A stretch of DNA of 62,430 nucleotides, counting the filler, from Choristocarpus tenellus KU-1152 (taxonomy: Eukaryota; Protista; Phaeophyceae), in assembly GCA_964200185.2 (NCBI GenBank). It is 7 parts of 7 records of this genome, joined end to end, with 100 filler letters (N's around TTAATTAATTAA, not from the genome) between each part and the next. Parts side by side here need not be neighbours in the genome. Positions count along the whole stretch, not along the records: positions 16,884 to 31,069 come from CAXNAD020001260.1; positions 31,170 to 38,687 come from CAXNAD020006035.1; 5 more parts are not named here. One strand, 5' to 3'. Positions 25,101-38,362 of this stretch are shown in pieces (the stretch's first letter is position 1; each line of letters starts with the position of its first letter). Position numbers and translations under genes: made by a program. The notes under the pieces were generated by a model. It did not search any database and had not been told where the DNA came from. It saw only the letters and a list, made by a program, of their open reading frames with translations.

Positions 25101-28100
25101 CTAAGTGCATTGCATACAAACATGGTATTGAAATGCAAGCTGTTCCTCTACATATCTTGTGGCAATGTCTGCAAGAAGCAATAGGTTGACAAGTTGAACC
25201 AGTACACAAAAGAAAAACAGTCACAAATATCTTTGAGCATCTTTGACATTTTACTGCTAAGTCATAACCAGAATAAGAAATTACAAAAACACAATCTCCA
25301 CGGTGTATAGTTGTTCCATTTCGCCTCCACATGGCAAAAACTAGGAACAATAACATAAACAATCACAATTTAAAAAATAACAGGTTTAAAGCAACAAGGG
25401 ACACTGCCTGATAGAAGAATCCTAATGCCTCAAAACAACACGAGACTTTCTATCCCTTGAATCTTGTGTTGTGTAATATGATACTCCCTGTAAAATCCTC
25501 CTCAATTTCTCCATGTGAGTACAGCATATATGCACTCAGTACCCTACAGTGAATAACACCAAGGAGGTCAAGGAGATACACCACCATGTGATCATATGAC
25601 TGCATGCAAGAGGTACTGGATACAATAACTGTTGATCAACTCCATACACAAAATCACCTTTGGTAGGGCAGGTGGAAGCTCATCTGCTCGAAGTCGTTGC
25701 ACAGCCAAGGTCTAAGGAGACAAAAAAAAAAAGGTCATCCAGGAAAACAAAATAAAAAAACAGTTCAAGACGGAGGAGGCAAAAAAAAAATCCATGATCA
25801 AAGTCAGAAAAGAGTGTATTCCAGCTGAGTCTCTGGGTAAGACAAGAAAGGCACCTCTCGGAGGCACTTCCTCTATTGGCAACACCACTGGACTGCATTG
25901 AAAAAGGTGTCATCCTCAAGACAATAAAAAGATTGTGATGCATGCAATACCTCTGTACCCGTATGTCACAGAGAGGAAAGAAGTTGGACAGTAATGACTG
26001 GTCCTTGAGTATCGAGTGACTTAGTCCCTTCAAAATTCTGATCAAAAGTGATACAGAATATCTAGATCAGACCATACAATAGGGTATACTATCAACAAAT
26101 AAGCAGAACTCAGGCATCAGTCCCCCCTAGTCAGCTCCAACTCCTCACAATGCTACAACAGCTTGCATAGTAAAACAGCTTTCCAATGCTGCTACAGTGA
26201 TTTCATTTTTTGACATACTATGTAGTATACAATATTAACAATAATCAAGTACTTCATGGTGCTCTCTGGTTGTGGAGTCCCTTCTCACCTCCACCTCCTT
26301 GGCCAGCTCCATCTGCTCAAGAACACCCTCTCCCAAAAGCATAAGGGGATGGATTGAAAGGGCCTGCACACCACACAACACAGAGAACATATCACACAAC
26401 AACAGGGTCCTTGTCACATGTCCATTCACCTCAAACAGAACCAATGACTCCACCTTGTCATTTTCTGAAATGTTCGATTTGAATCCACCACCTATGACTT
26501 TGTCAAACTGCGACAAGATATGTTACTTCATACACACTGTCGTTGTTTAGTACACACTATTGTTGTTTAGTACACACTATCGTTGTTTAGTACACACTAT
26601 CGTTGTATAGTACACACTACTGTTGTATAGTACACACTATCGTTGTTTAGTACACACTATCGTTGTTTAGTACACACTATCGTTGTTTAGTACACACTAT
26701 TGTTGTTTAGTACACACTATCGTGGTATAGTACACACTATCGTCATTTAGTACACACTATCATTGTATAGTACACACTATTGTTGTTTAGTACGCACTAT
26801 TGTTGTTTAGTACACACTATCGTCGTTTAATACACACCATCGTTGTTTAGTACACACTATTGTCGTTTAGTACACACTATCGTTGTTTAGTGCACACTAT
26901 TTTCTGTGATGCCCTTGCTATACCACTTTTAACTTGTTTTATCTTGGGCACATATCATACCTCACCTCACCTCACCTCACCTCACCTTCTCTTTACGACA
27001 AACAGGACAGTCCATGAAACCAAACGTGAGTCTGGCTGTGGGGCGCCCCTTCTTGAGCTGTTGGCGGCCACAAGAGGCATGTACAAAATGTCCACACACA
27101 AGCTGTACAGTCCCCAAGGAACACAAAACACGCACATACACACAAAAACATTCCCACCACCCATCGTCCATGCCCATGTCCATGTCCATGTGGATGTGTA
27201 GATGTGTGGAGCACCATGAGGCATTAGTTTCATAAGTTTAAAAAAAAATGTTATTTTCCCACTTGATTAAGGGGACATGGAACAGGTATGGAGGAGTGAT
27301 ACTGTGATTCCTTGTCTGGTCTTTACTGTCTCCAAACAGCTCTACACAACTCTAACAACAAAAATAACAATAATATTAATAACAAAAATAATGAAACTAG
27401 GGAACTAAAACACTAGATGCATAAATATACTAGTATGTTTTTACATGCTTTGCCTTATTGGCCCATTCCCTCGGCATTCCCATTGTGAGGGATGGGGGGT
27501 TAGGGGAGTTCCCTGCAAAAATTCTATCCACCTCCCCTCCGCCAGATTGGACCCTCTTAATGCCCATCAATGAGTCAACCAGTTGATGGGGGCCCTTAGT
27601 GCTGTTGAAAACAGATAGCCTCTATCCTGTGCCTAGCAGACCTATACAAATGGAAATATAGTTCAACCCAGCGATAATAGCCAGCAGCCACAATACGGCA
27701 GTAGTTAAAAAATATCAAGATTCACCAGAGTTGAAGACAAGGGGTTGCAGCAAGTAGGGTAATATGCTCGGTGTGTACAAGACAATCTGATGTGCACCAT
27801 CCCAAATATCCTCCATACTCTATACCACATCAACAAAGTCAGATTGAGACGGGTGGAATCCATAATAAATGCAATCTACAAATGTACTACTACACCTTTC
27901 ACCTCTACACAGGGTGCAGCAATCAAAGTCTCTGTCCAGCATATGTTGCAAAATTCTGCATCACCGTCAGTATTAGAAGATGGACAACACGCCTCTAGAC
28001 AGGGGATGCAAAACTCATCCACACCTGCCTCACCCCCCATCACCATCACCGTCACCATGGGGTCCCACACACAGGTTGTGAGCGAATTAGGTTGGAGGGG

Positions 28101-30143
28101 TAGCAAGAAATGTAAATGAGGGTGTTGGGGCAACCAAATCTTTGATTGGAGGGGTTAAATTGTCAGCTTCACATATATTCCACTTGTGACCAATTATAAA
28201 TGACTAGACACCCTGTAGCAGATACACATCACCTCAAGAAACAAGTCATGTTGAATCTACAGCACCAGAGCATGACCAAAAGAGTTTGGTATGTCATGTC
28301 ATGTAATATCATTCATGTTAGAGTGCATTACTCAAAAGCCAATTTACTCACCTCCGATAATAGTGGAGGGGTAGGAGGAGTTTAATAGCAGAATAGGAGA
28401 GTTCAGAGTAATATTCAATTTGTAAGGTAAGGGGGGGGGGGGGGGGGGGGTTTGGGGGGGTTTTTTTTTGCCAGCCTAGGGGGGGGGAAGGAAAAAGCCC
28501 GTCATTAAAAAAAATTCCGCGGGGTGGATTCTTGTACTAGTTGGGAGTACTATACAAGGGCTCACTGACCGCAGTGAGGGATTATCTAGTAACAACAACA
28601 GTCTTGAGAATATTCTGACTGTTGAAGGTTTCCTATCTCATTTCATGTACACTGATGATTCCCACAGTTTTGATGTGGTCATTGACATTCTCCATGCACC
28701 ATGGAACAATCAGAGGAGCTTTGGCCAGGGAAGTAAATAATAAATATTGCCAAAAGATCAACAGCACACCGATTCTGAGCATAGATCAGAAATAAGATAC
28801 ACTGCCAAAAAGAGGTATTTATCACAATTGGGATATATCCAACACTTTCATATGGTCACTGGTTTCTTTCACAGTAGTGCAGGTCTGACAACTGTATCAC
28901 TTATCACTCTTATCACTCTTATCACTCGATCACATACGTATGTACTTCCCCGATTGCAGCTTTCTCATGGAGGTAAAGAGAGGGGGGGGTAACGTGAGAT
29001 GTGTCAACATTGAGGAGAGGGAACCTCACCAACACCATGACAGGCGTGTCCACACTGTAGAACTTTCCTACAGGCCTCCCCATCTCGTTCCAAGCAGTCA
29101 GGGCGGTTGCAGCATAGAGGTCCACCGCCATCACCTGATCCATCCATCAGTAGCAACAATGAAACCCACCCAACCATTACAACATCCCCACAGAATGCAG
29201 TGTTTTTCACAAAGTCTTGGTTGATCCCAACTGCCGCAGATGAAGTAGGTAGTACGTAGGTGTGACAAGGTATGCTCATAGTGGCAGCATCAAGAAGCTA
29301 ATATATAAATGTATTGTCATAAAAGCTGGGTAAACAAAAAAAAGTCAAGCTCAATACTATACTATACTATACTATACTACACTATACTACACTACACTAT
29401 ACTATACAATACTATACTACACTGTACTATACTGTACTACTATATTATACACTACACTACACTATACTATACAATACTACACTACACTACACTATAACAA
29501 TACTGTACAATACAATACAATACTATACTACACTACACTACACTACACTATACTGCACTGCACTATACTATACTCCACTACACTACACTATACTGCACTA
29601 CACTATACTATTCTCCGCTTCACTATACTATTCTCCGCTACACTACACTATACTGCACTACACTAAACTATACTCCACTACACTATACTACACTATTCTA
29701 TACTATACTACACTATATTACACTATACTATACTACACTGCACTACACTATACTATACTATATTATACTACATTACACTATACTCTACTACACTATACTA
29801 TACTATACTATACTATACTATACTACACTATACTACACTACACTACACTATACTACACTACACCATGGACAACTGTGCAAAAAAAATTAAAATAGCTGTC
29901 GCTAAGCAAAATTAATTAATTTACAAATTCCCACTTTCTACCACCCCCACCCGACTCCCAAACTTAGTTGTCTTACCTTCCCTCTCACATGCAGCATCCC
30001 CACAAAATCGGCACTTGGCTTTAGATGTGTAGGAGGAATAACCATCACAGTCAAATCCAAAGTGGTAAGGCCGTGCCATGCACTCCCCACAAAACACAGT
30101 GGTACAGAAGGGGCACCTGAAACGGTGTTGACCACTATGTCTT
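22147..30143 (-). CDS. MYCBP2: MYCBP2/Highwire/RPM-1-like RING-Cys-relay E3 ubiquitin ligase with IBR-like domain; 5' end not seen
   Basis: Exons: ~30143-29977 (HRFRCPFCTTVFCGECMARPYHFGFDC..KCRFC), 29134-29030 (CNRPDC..ACRKVLQCGHACHGV), 28024-27903 (CIPCL..EFCNICWTETLIAAPCVE), 27102-26986 (LVCGHFVHASC..RLTFGFMDCPVCR), 26363-26289, 25711-25658, ~24790-24620 (ALKKYTFYQ; acceptor uncertain), 23059-22808 (CHNCSRPYFGGLVRC..PEELLCGTC) and 22380-22147 (EFIEHKCYWCC..FFCGGRMHFCDVCH..EFALGCGICR..*). Colinear with the MYCBP2 C-terminus. Confidence 0.9.
24093..24190. repeat. 19-bp minisatellite (GACAAGCTGTGGCAAACAA) x~5
   Basis: Direct tandem copies visible. Confidence 0.85.
26531..26900. repeat. 20-bp minisatellite (TACACACTATCGTTGTTTAG) x~18, intronic
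   Basis: Exact 20-bp period visible across lines 26521-26881. Confidence 0.95.
29355..29862. repeat. (ACTAY)n pentanucleotide microsatellite, intronic
   Basis: ~500 bp of ACTAT/ACTAC repeats. Confidence 0.95.
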
Positions 30144-30887
30144 CTCAACAGAAAGAGATGGGAATTGAAAGGGTAGTGGTAGATGGGAGACTAGTGATGA
30201 GTTACTGCAGATGTAACAATTGTGGTACATCCAGGGTAAAACCATCCTCTTGCAGAGAGTTGATTCAGTCTAAAGCAAAGTACAATGAAAGGGTGAAGTC
30301 CATAAAAAAAAGGTTGAGATAACATGCAGGCTTGACTTCAATAATAAAAAATAACAGTGCTTGTGCAGATCCATTCATGAGAGTGTGTTTGACTATGGGT
30401 GTGGTGATGGTCATGGTGTAAACAACTATCCAGCGGAGGTAAGATGCATCAATACTCTCAATATACCCCACTCAGTCTTCCCATGGCAGCTTGCAGGCAT
30501 CATGTTAGCACTACTACAAAAATCGATTTTTACCGATGATAGAGTCAGGAGTAGCACCTGTCGCCTTTGTACATGTAACAAACACAATATATTAATAGGC
30601 TTGGATGTAAACCAAGCATAAAAAGCACATGATGGAACAACCAAAAGCTTTTAATACCCATGCTCGGTCTGGCCAAGATCAACATTCTGTCTGATATCAC
30701 TACTTGAGAACCAGGGCTAAGAAATTCACCAGATTTGTTTAATGGATGCTCACTGGGTACAGGGTAGTTCATTGGAATGCTAAAAAACTGTATGTGACCC
30801 AAGGTTATTTTCATACCAGCAATGCACCTCATTCACCCATCAGAGGTCTACATATGCTAGCATTTCATGGTGCTTACATAAAATTGT

Positions 30888-31069
30888 GAGTAAAAGTATC
30901 TTAGAGGGTACGAGTTATTCCCTGTTTGTCCATTTGAGTCTTAGCTTCCCATGTTTTTTTTTAATGACATTTTCCTACTCCAAAATGTTTTGGAGTAGGT
31001 AAAATGTGTATGTTATGAAAAGGTGTGTCCAGAACATGGATATTGACACTTCCTAACAAACACGATAGC
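30888..31069 (-). mobile_element. MITE family A, truncated by a contig end
   Basis: GAGTAAAAGTATCTTAGAGGGTACGAG... in reverse orientation, running into the spacer. Confidence 0.8.
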
Positions 31070-31205
31070 NNNNNNNNNNNNNNNNNNNNNNNNNNNNNNN
31101 NNNNNNNNNNNNNTTAATTAATTAANNNNNNNNNNNNNNNNNNNNNNNNNNNNNNNNNNNNNNNNNNNNCATAAAATGTACCTTCCCTGATCCTTAACGC
31201 TGTTT

Positions 31206-31469
31206 GACCCAAAGTATCCAAGAGGGTAGACCCGTGTCCATTTGGAGGTCAAAATCCAATGTTGCAATTTTGATGTAATTTCGGCTATCGTGTTTTTCTA
31301 GGAAGTGTCAATATCCTCGTTCCAGACACATCTTTTCGTAACATACACATTTTACCTACTCGGAAACATTTTGGAGTAGAAAAATGTCATAAAAAAAAAC
31401 ATGGGAAGCCAAGCCCCAAACGGACAAACAGGGCAAAACTCGTACCCTAACCCTAAGATGCTTTCGCTT
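31206..31469 (+). mobile_element. MITE family A
   Basis: Both TIRs; 4-bp TSD GTTT/GTTT. Confidence 0.85.
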
Positions 31470-31490
31470 GTTTTTCTGTGAAACGGGCAG

Positions 31491-33197
31491 ATGGGGCCAT
31501 CCTCTTGGGGGCTCTTGCACTGGGCAGTGATGATGCTTGCCAATTCAACAGCCTTCTTCTTCTTTTTGTCTCCACTGGCGAGCTGGTGGCCTATATTCTG
31601 TTCATGTTATCTGCAGATTGCATTGATATATGGAAGAGATTCATAGCAAACCTCACCATTGCTGGAATTGCATCCATGCTGGTCCCAATTGCATTGGGTA
31701 CAACTTGGACGGCGGCATTTGCGTTTTTGGCCAGGGGGCCTGCCTTAATTGCTTTGATTAGCTCATGGATCATCACGTGAGAAAGGGTCGATGTCTATGG
31801 CCCACCCTTTCATACTCAGTATTCTGGCACACTATGGGTCTATGGCATTCATATTTCGCAGGTGCTAGTTGTGCTTGAATGTGGGGTAACTGCAGTAAGT
31901 GGATTCATGCCCAATTTTAATACCAGTTGCATGTTCTATTCTCCGCCCCTTTCCCAGATCATGCATAATGTATTTTGCGACGAGCTTCATTGCCCTGGGC
32001 CTACCATTAGACTTTGACTAGAGCCTCATAGGGAGGTCGTGATATTCCTGCCTTGCTTATTGCTCCCACTGACAATTAGGGTCCCCACTTGCTCTCAAGA
32101 TGGAAGACACAAACATGTAAGAAAGCAACCCTAAATCCCACTACGAGGTGTTTTTTCAGTGCCTCATCCAAACCCCAATTGCATGCTCTGCAGGCCAGAG
32201 TTCTTCCCGACGGAGGTGCGATCTACTTGTCATGCTACATGCACTGGCTTTGAACGTATTGGGGCAATATGTGCTTCTTTTCTGATAAACTCCAATGGAT
32301 TGTCTACAGTGGGCATGGGTTCACTGTTGCTCGTATCTGGACTGATTGGCATAGCTGCAGTATGGGTGAGGAGCTCATAACGCAATGTCATAATGCTTTA
32401 CATTGAATGTATACTAGAATTGTTCAAAGCACGCGTCCTTGGGCCCTTCTTGTCAGTTGGCTCCTAGACTCCCAGTGTCCGTCTGTGGTGGTCATTGGCT
32501 TAATGTCTTGACGTCCTGAACCTTGGGAGGTTGATTAAGGGTAACTGGCCAAGGACAAAGGCATATGTTTGGTCGGTGGCAGGATCATGTGTTTGCTACC
32601 TTATGGTTATTTTATGTGTGTTTTGAACCCCTCACTGTATCGTATTTAGTTCATACCGCACTGTGATGTTTGTCATCCTTCAATTCCCAACTTCAACTAC
32701 AAAATTTGCGGATACACCACTTTTCAGTCGTGACAGCATTCCCTTCCCCAACACCCATTTCCCCACCAATGATTTCGTTTTTCAATACAAATGTGAAAGG
32801 TGGATCGCGCCACTGCAGCAATTTAGCCACTGTTCTTGCTGGAGGTTGATTGTTATAATTCGGAGCATGATATGATCTAAGGATTATGTTGCCTTTCGTG
32901 TCTCCATCAACTTCGTTGACAACATCAGTTGACTAACTTTGTAGCCTCCCTTCTGTTCCAATCATGTGTTGCACCCGTGGGCATCATATCTACAACCCCA
33001 AGGCCCTACCTGAAACCCGGAACATGGATCTTGATCAAAGCATTATTTCACTCCCAGAGAAACTTGATTCCATTGAAATTGAACAAGTTTCCTCCGAGTC
33101 TGGTTTGATGGTGAGTGGGGAGAACGAGAAAGGCGAGGTTGTGAGCTCTGGGTTTGCTCCAGCTTCCCCATCCTCAACGACCGTTGCGGTTATGTAG
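31491..33197 (+). CDS. MFS sugar/organic-cation (SVOP/SV2-like) transporter, 3' exons
   Basis: Exons ~31491-31776, 32194-32365 and 33003-33197 give hydrophobic helices plus the family motifs TPEFFPTEVRST...RIGAI and LPETRNMDL. Confidence 0.8.
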
Positions 33198-34149
33198 ACA
33201 TCAAGTTTTTGTCTGTAATAAAGTTGTGCTTCACTTTTGTATAAGCATTTTGTTCTCTAGATGGAACAGCAGTAATTTTAGTAGAGCTCTTGAACATTGG
33301 AATGGTACACTAAACAGATACGAGTTTTTGAGGATGTACTTGCCCTTGAGTTGTGACTGACCCAAGGCAAGTTGTACTTACAAAGTGTGCTGAATCTGGA
33401 GAGAAATGCTCATTGTAGGATAAAATAACTTGTTTCCTTTGTGAGGAAGAGGTCTCCCCGTGTGCCTTGCACCCACCCCACTGGAGTGTGGTTAGTGGGT
33501 AGGTTATTGTGCGTATTATATATGTTGGACGATAGTTTGCACCAGACTATTCTTTCTGCTTGTAGTTTTGGACTTGGTGGAAGTGTTTGTACCTGATACC
33601 CTATGCCTGCAGTTATGCAATACTACTGGTGAGGTGCTGGAGTATGTGATAGATCAACGATGTAAATTATATTTTGCAGATCTAGTTACATATGTCGCCA
33701 GTGATCCCTATTGCTCTGATGAGGCAGCCCAAGACAACTTAGCTCTGCTTATCCTGAAGTCGGGTGCTTCCTGATGATGAGAAACTAAATGCCTAGTGCG
33801 TCTGGCAGTAGAAGAAGGGTGATTGTAGACAGCTGTAGAATCTCTGATTCCTCTAAGATTCCCATACTTTCAAGTTAAGTCCATTTTTGATATCATCTGA
33901 GACAGGAAGCAAGGAATAATATTATTGGATAAATATGTATTTTGCCACACACATACACTTAACACAAAGTACTGGGAGTGGAAGGTGGGGAAGTCTGGGT
34001 CATGTGTAACATGCGTGTAACAGTCATATATCCTAATTTGGGGCTGCTTTTGAGGATAGGTCTGTAGTAAGGATCAGGAGGGAAGTAAGAACCCCCCTTA
34101 AGAACCAAAACCCCAGTCAGGAGAGTTGAAAAAATTTTGAAAAAGAGGT

Positions 34150-37100
34150 ACAGCCCACTAAATTTTTGTCAGCGTCATTTAGGGTGCCTTGTGACAGGAA
34201 GTCCAAAGAATTGTGAGGTGAGTCACAAAACGACCATGCAGAGGTGAGCAGCATAGGGAAGACTGACTGACCCCTCCCCAGGTTCCTCCAGTAATGGTGT
34301 TGTTTTCTCAACGCACTGCCTCTCATTGACCGTTTTTCAAATCTCCAGTACAGTCCCCTGCGCTCAAATTTCCCTACAAAGGTGTACATGTTGCTGGTCA
34401 CTTGTGATGGCAATTGACAGATCCATCCAGGGTATGGTTCTCCCCTTGTCCCACAGCACAGCGACCAAGTTCAGTTCTAGATGTAGATGTGTGTTCAGTG
34501 TCCTTCTCTTCTTCATTCTTGCTGGCTCCTCTGTTCCGAGCATGCATCTCGGAGTCCTCTGCCCTCCCTCCCCTCTATTTGTAGGTATAGGACGCCTTCC
34601 TCAATCTCTTCCTTGAATTTGTGCGGTCATACCATCGAGTTGTTGCCAGGTACCCCATACTGCCAGGAAGTCTCCTTCCCGGCAATGTTGATGTTGATGT
34701 TGCAGGCTTTCCCCTTCACAACATTTTCCCTGTGCCACACAGAAGGAATTTGGCCCCTCACTGAAACTTGGCCTTCGATGTGTCCCTGCACCTGAGGTTT
34801 CTTGAGAAGACAACAGGAGATCCGCTGAGGGTCTGCCAGTTGGACTCAGCTGTGTAGTGTCCTGGGGAGTTATTAACTTAGTTGTATAGAAGGTGGAAGA
34901 ACTCAGGGATGAGAATCATCTGAAGAGGGACAACACGGGGACTTGGTAGTGTAACCTGATGCAGGGGGGAAATTCGTGTTTTGGGGTAACGAGATGCAGG
35001 ATGGACATGCATGTGTGCATTTGTTGTAACTATGGTGCGACATTGAAACGTTGTTAAATATGGAAATAGAGTAATAATACACTGTGTGTTGAACAAAGTG
35101 AGGTCAACGTGTCTGGGATATATTGAAAATAAATTCACTTGAAAGATAGTTATTTCGTTCAAAATGTAGGGCATTGACAATATAGGAGGAAATTGGAAGA
35201 ACAATGAGACAAATTAATATAGCAATGAGTTTAAATGTCCTTTCTTTGGTGTTAGGAACCGCAATAGTATAATCGGTTTCAGTTCTGTCAAATGAGAATA
35301 AACGTGGTTTTATTTTAACTGAGAGAGGTTTTTTTCAACACATAATGAAATGACACAACGTGTCACACATACAGTTTTGGAGTCGTGTACGTTTGGATGT
35401 GGTTGGCAACCTGGAAGTAGATATATCACCACAGAACATGCTAGATGTAGGTAGAGCAGTACATGACAGGGCACACACTGCCCATGTGGAGAGCTTGCAA
35501 TCCCAGCCGAGAAAGAGCCTACACAGCTTCCAAAGAGCTTGCCTTGTACACAGTAGTGGTGACATCCTCAAAGTTCGTTCATTCACATTCGGGTCCCAAC
35601 TCTCTTGCTGACACAACAAATCATTGAATAATCCTTACTTTGGTATGTTTTGAACTATTCCCACTGGGGACAAAAGCAGTCTGGGATATTTGCCGTTGCC
35701 TGTATTGGGAACACCAATGCCCTACCCTGAACTACACCCCCTACCTTATTTTGTAACAACGACCCCCTGTAAATGACTGCACCCCCATGGTTCCTATACT
35801 CTAGCCCCCCTTCTACCCTGTCCTCCCAACTCATGCTTAGCAGTACCCCTACTTGAACTACTTGCCGCAGTCTCTCTATCTGTGCAAATCCTATCTTCTT
35901 TCCAAAATGACCTTCAATCCTACCCCAGTTCAAATGTTCAGGGCTCCATCTCCGTAACAGCCTGGCTATCAATCGCCCCAAATCTCCCTCATAGTCGTCA
36001 AGTAACCCTTCTCCCTTACTTGCTAACTCCTCCAGCTCCTATATTGTACATTTGGATACCTCTTCCTCCCTATTAAACCTTTCCCAGGTCCCAAACCACT
36101 CTTCAATTCTATCTTTGCCAACACCTTCCCCTCTCCCTTTACCTTTGGTTGCTCAGTGCAAGGACCCTGGTCTTGGAATCCCTGTTGTCGGGTGCGCATG
36201 CTGTAGTAGCGTTGACGTCCATGGGTCTCGTTTTACCAGCCCACACCTGTGGGGAATGGGCCTGTATCCTCAGGGGTCCTGTTCAGTCGGTACTCCCTGG
36301 GTCCTTACCCCTTTTCCCTTCTCTCTCCCCTTCTTTAAAGTGGTCGAATTTGCAGAACCCATGTCTCCTCAGAAAATCAAAATCCTTCCCTGCCACAAAC
36401 GCTAACCATGGGTTGTACTCTCTCCCCTCCCCACCTGACATCCCTTCTCATACCCGTTCGTCCAGCCTCGGGAACTTTGGCGACCTCAGTTCCCCATATG
36501 CCCGCCCTCTTCATGGATCAAGACCTTGGTGTTCGATTAGACTCTTCCAACTCTATCGGACAGTTATGGTAAAATATGTATGGAGTAAGAGAACAAGCAT
36601 TAGTGGTTGAGTTATCAGAACCTTTTACTGGTGATTTAGTATGATAAAACTTCTCGTATAAAAGAAAATATTTATGGTTTTATGTTTTATGGTGCTGCAT
36701 GTCCCACTTTACTTTAATCACTCTACAGACATCAAGCAATCTCGCTGGGTTTATCACCTTTATCCTCTTTGATAATTTGGGAGATACTTTAATTAACACT
36801 TGGTTCTGAGCTATATAATGGCAGCAACATATTATTTGCCTGTCTCAGAGTTGTATCCAATCTCTTGAACCGTGGCACAAGGGGAGGGGGGATCTACACT
36901 TCGGAGGGTGGGGGCGCATTGTAAATGTTGCCAATAATATCCGAAGCCTTTGCATTTGTTTACCCATGATGCTAAGTCATCCCTCACTGCTTGATACACT
37001 AAGTCGACCATCCTTGGATGCTCAATCTGTATGGGTTTATTTGCCCCATAGAACGTCCTTGCCTTTACTCCTCGCTTCTTCCAGTTCTTCCATCAACTTT

Positions 37101-38000
37101 GCCATCCTCCTCTTCTCTGATTTCCACTCCTCCCCCCGTACCGGCAGGCTTTTCCCATCGCTGACATAAAGCAGTCAAAGTTGTCAGTCAACTCGCAGTC
37201 TCCTTTGTTAGTTGGTCTTCCCAACCCCCCTTTGGGAATGTACTCCTTTATATCGAATACTGACAGGTTGCTCAGTTGTTCCCCCACCGCCCCTGTTACG
37301 TCAGCATTCTTGTCTACGATCCTTTGTAATTCTTCGTGTGAGGAACCTGCGTCCCCTGCTTGGATGAAAGGGGGATGTGCCCAATCAGGATGAAGTATCT
37401 CCTGACATTAGTCTTCTTCCACGCTTGATCATCGTTTTCTCCTCATCCTTTCTGCCGACGCTGAGAATTCTGTCATCCCTTTCCCTCCTCTTGTAGTTCT
37501 GTCTCCCCACCCCGTCAATGGCCTCCGTAATCTGTCATCACGTTGGAACAGTGGGTTTACCTGATTTGCTCCTCCCAATATCATCATAATGTGATTCAAT
37601 CCTTTCGTCAATTCGGTCGCATCCTCAGACAAGGCCCTTGGTTCTTTCGAATTATCCTCACTCTTCTTTCCTTTTTCCCCTTTTTCTTCAGTTTTTCCCC
37701 TTTTCCCTCCCTCACCCTCGTTGCTGATACCTATGTCTCTTCTCGCTGGCTCGATCTCTTCTCACACTTTCCTTGCCACCATTTCTTCCCTCTGGCCTTC
37801 CTTCTCCCTCACCCCTATTTCTTCTTCCCCTTCCCCACCTTCTCTTGTCCGTTTTTCCCATAAATCCATCCCACATCCAAGTACTTTTCTCGGACTCCTT
37901 GTGTCCTTGTTCCGCCATGAAAAATTGCTCAGAGATTACCTTGTTCTAGCCCTGCTTGTCCTGTCCCACCATCCCTTCCTACCTCGTGCTTCCTCTCTCC
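34150..38000 (-). mobile_element. Degenerate DIRS/Ngaro-type (tyrosine-recombinase) retrotransposon remnant
   Basis: RT N-terminal signature LEYRNHGGA...VVQGRALVFP...IP (35655-35980); decayed CCCH-finger-like DFLRRHGFCKFDH (~36340-36390); RNase-H-like GLYWRFE (~34340); purine-rich Glu/Lys-coding gag-like region 37400-38000. No recombinase seen. Confidence 0.6.
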
Positions 38001-38140
38001 AATGTTACTTTTTCGGGTTTATTCTGACATGAATATTTTTTGTTGATTTTGTTATTCTCGATTATCATTTTTATTATCTTATTCCTTGTTTGCAATTCAC
38101 TCATTTCCCCATTCCTTTCCTTCCCCATGTATCCCCTCCT

Positions 38141-38362
38141 CTGACCAGCCCAGTGCGACCTCTTCGCCACGGGTTTCGTATTTAACCCCCAACTCTAATG
38201 ACCAACCAGTACGAACCCCTTTCATCACTGATTTCCAGTCACCCCTCCTCCATGAGATGACCAACCAGTGCAACCCATTCGCCCCTGATTTCCAGTCTCC
38301 CCCCACCTCCGATGACCAACCAGTGCGAAACCCTTCGTCACCGATTTCCAGTCACCCCCCCA
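38141..38362. repeat. ~57-bp tandem repeat (ATGACCAACCAGTGCGAACCC..CGTCACCGATTTCCAGTCACCCC) x3-4
   Basis: Units start near 38198, 38257 and 38312, with a partial unit at 38141. Confidence 0.8.

Noticed and set aside
26531-26900. Regularly spaced 20-bp repeats as a CRISPR array
   Set aside because: Head-to-tail minisatellite without spacers, inside an intron.
29309-29497. Tyr/Thr/Leu-rich ORF
   Set aside because: Translation of the (ACTAY)n microsatellite.
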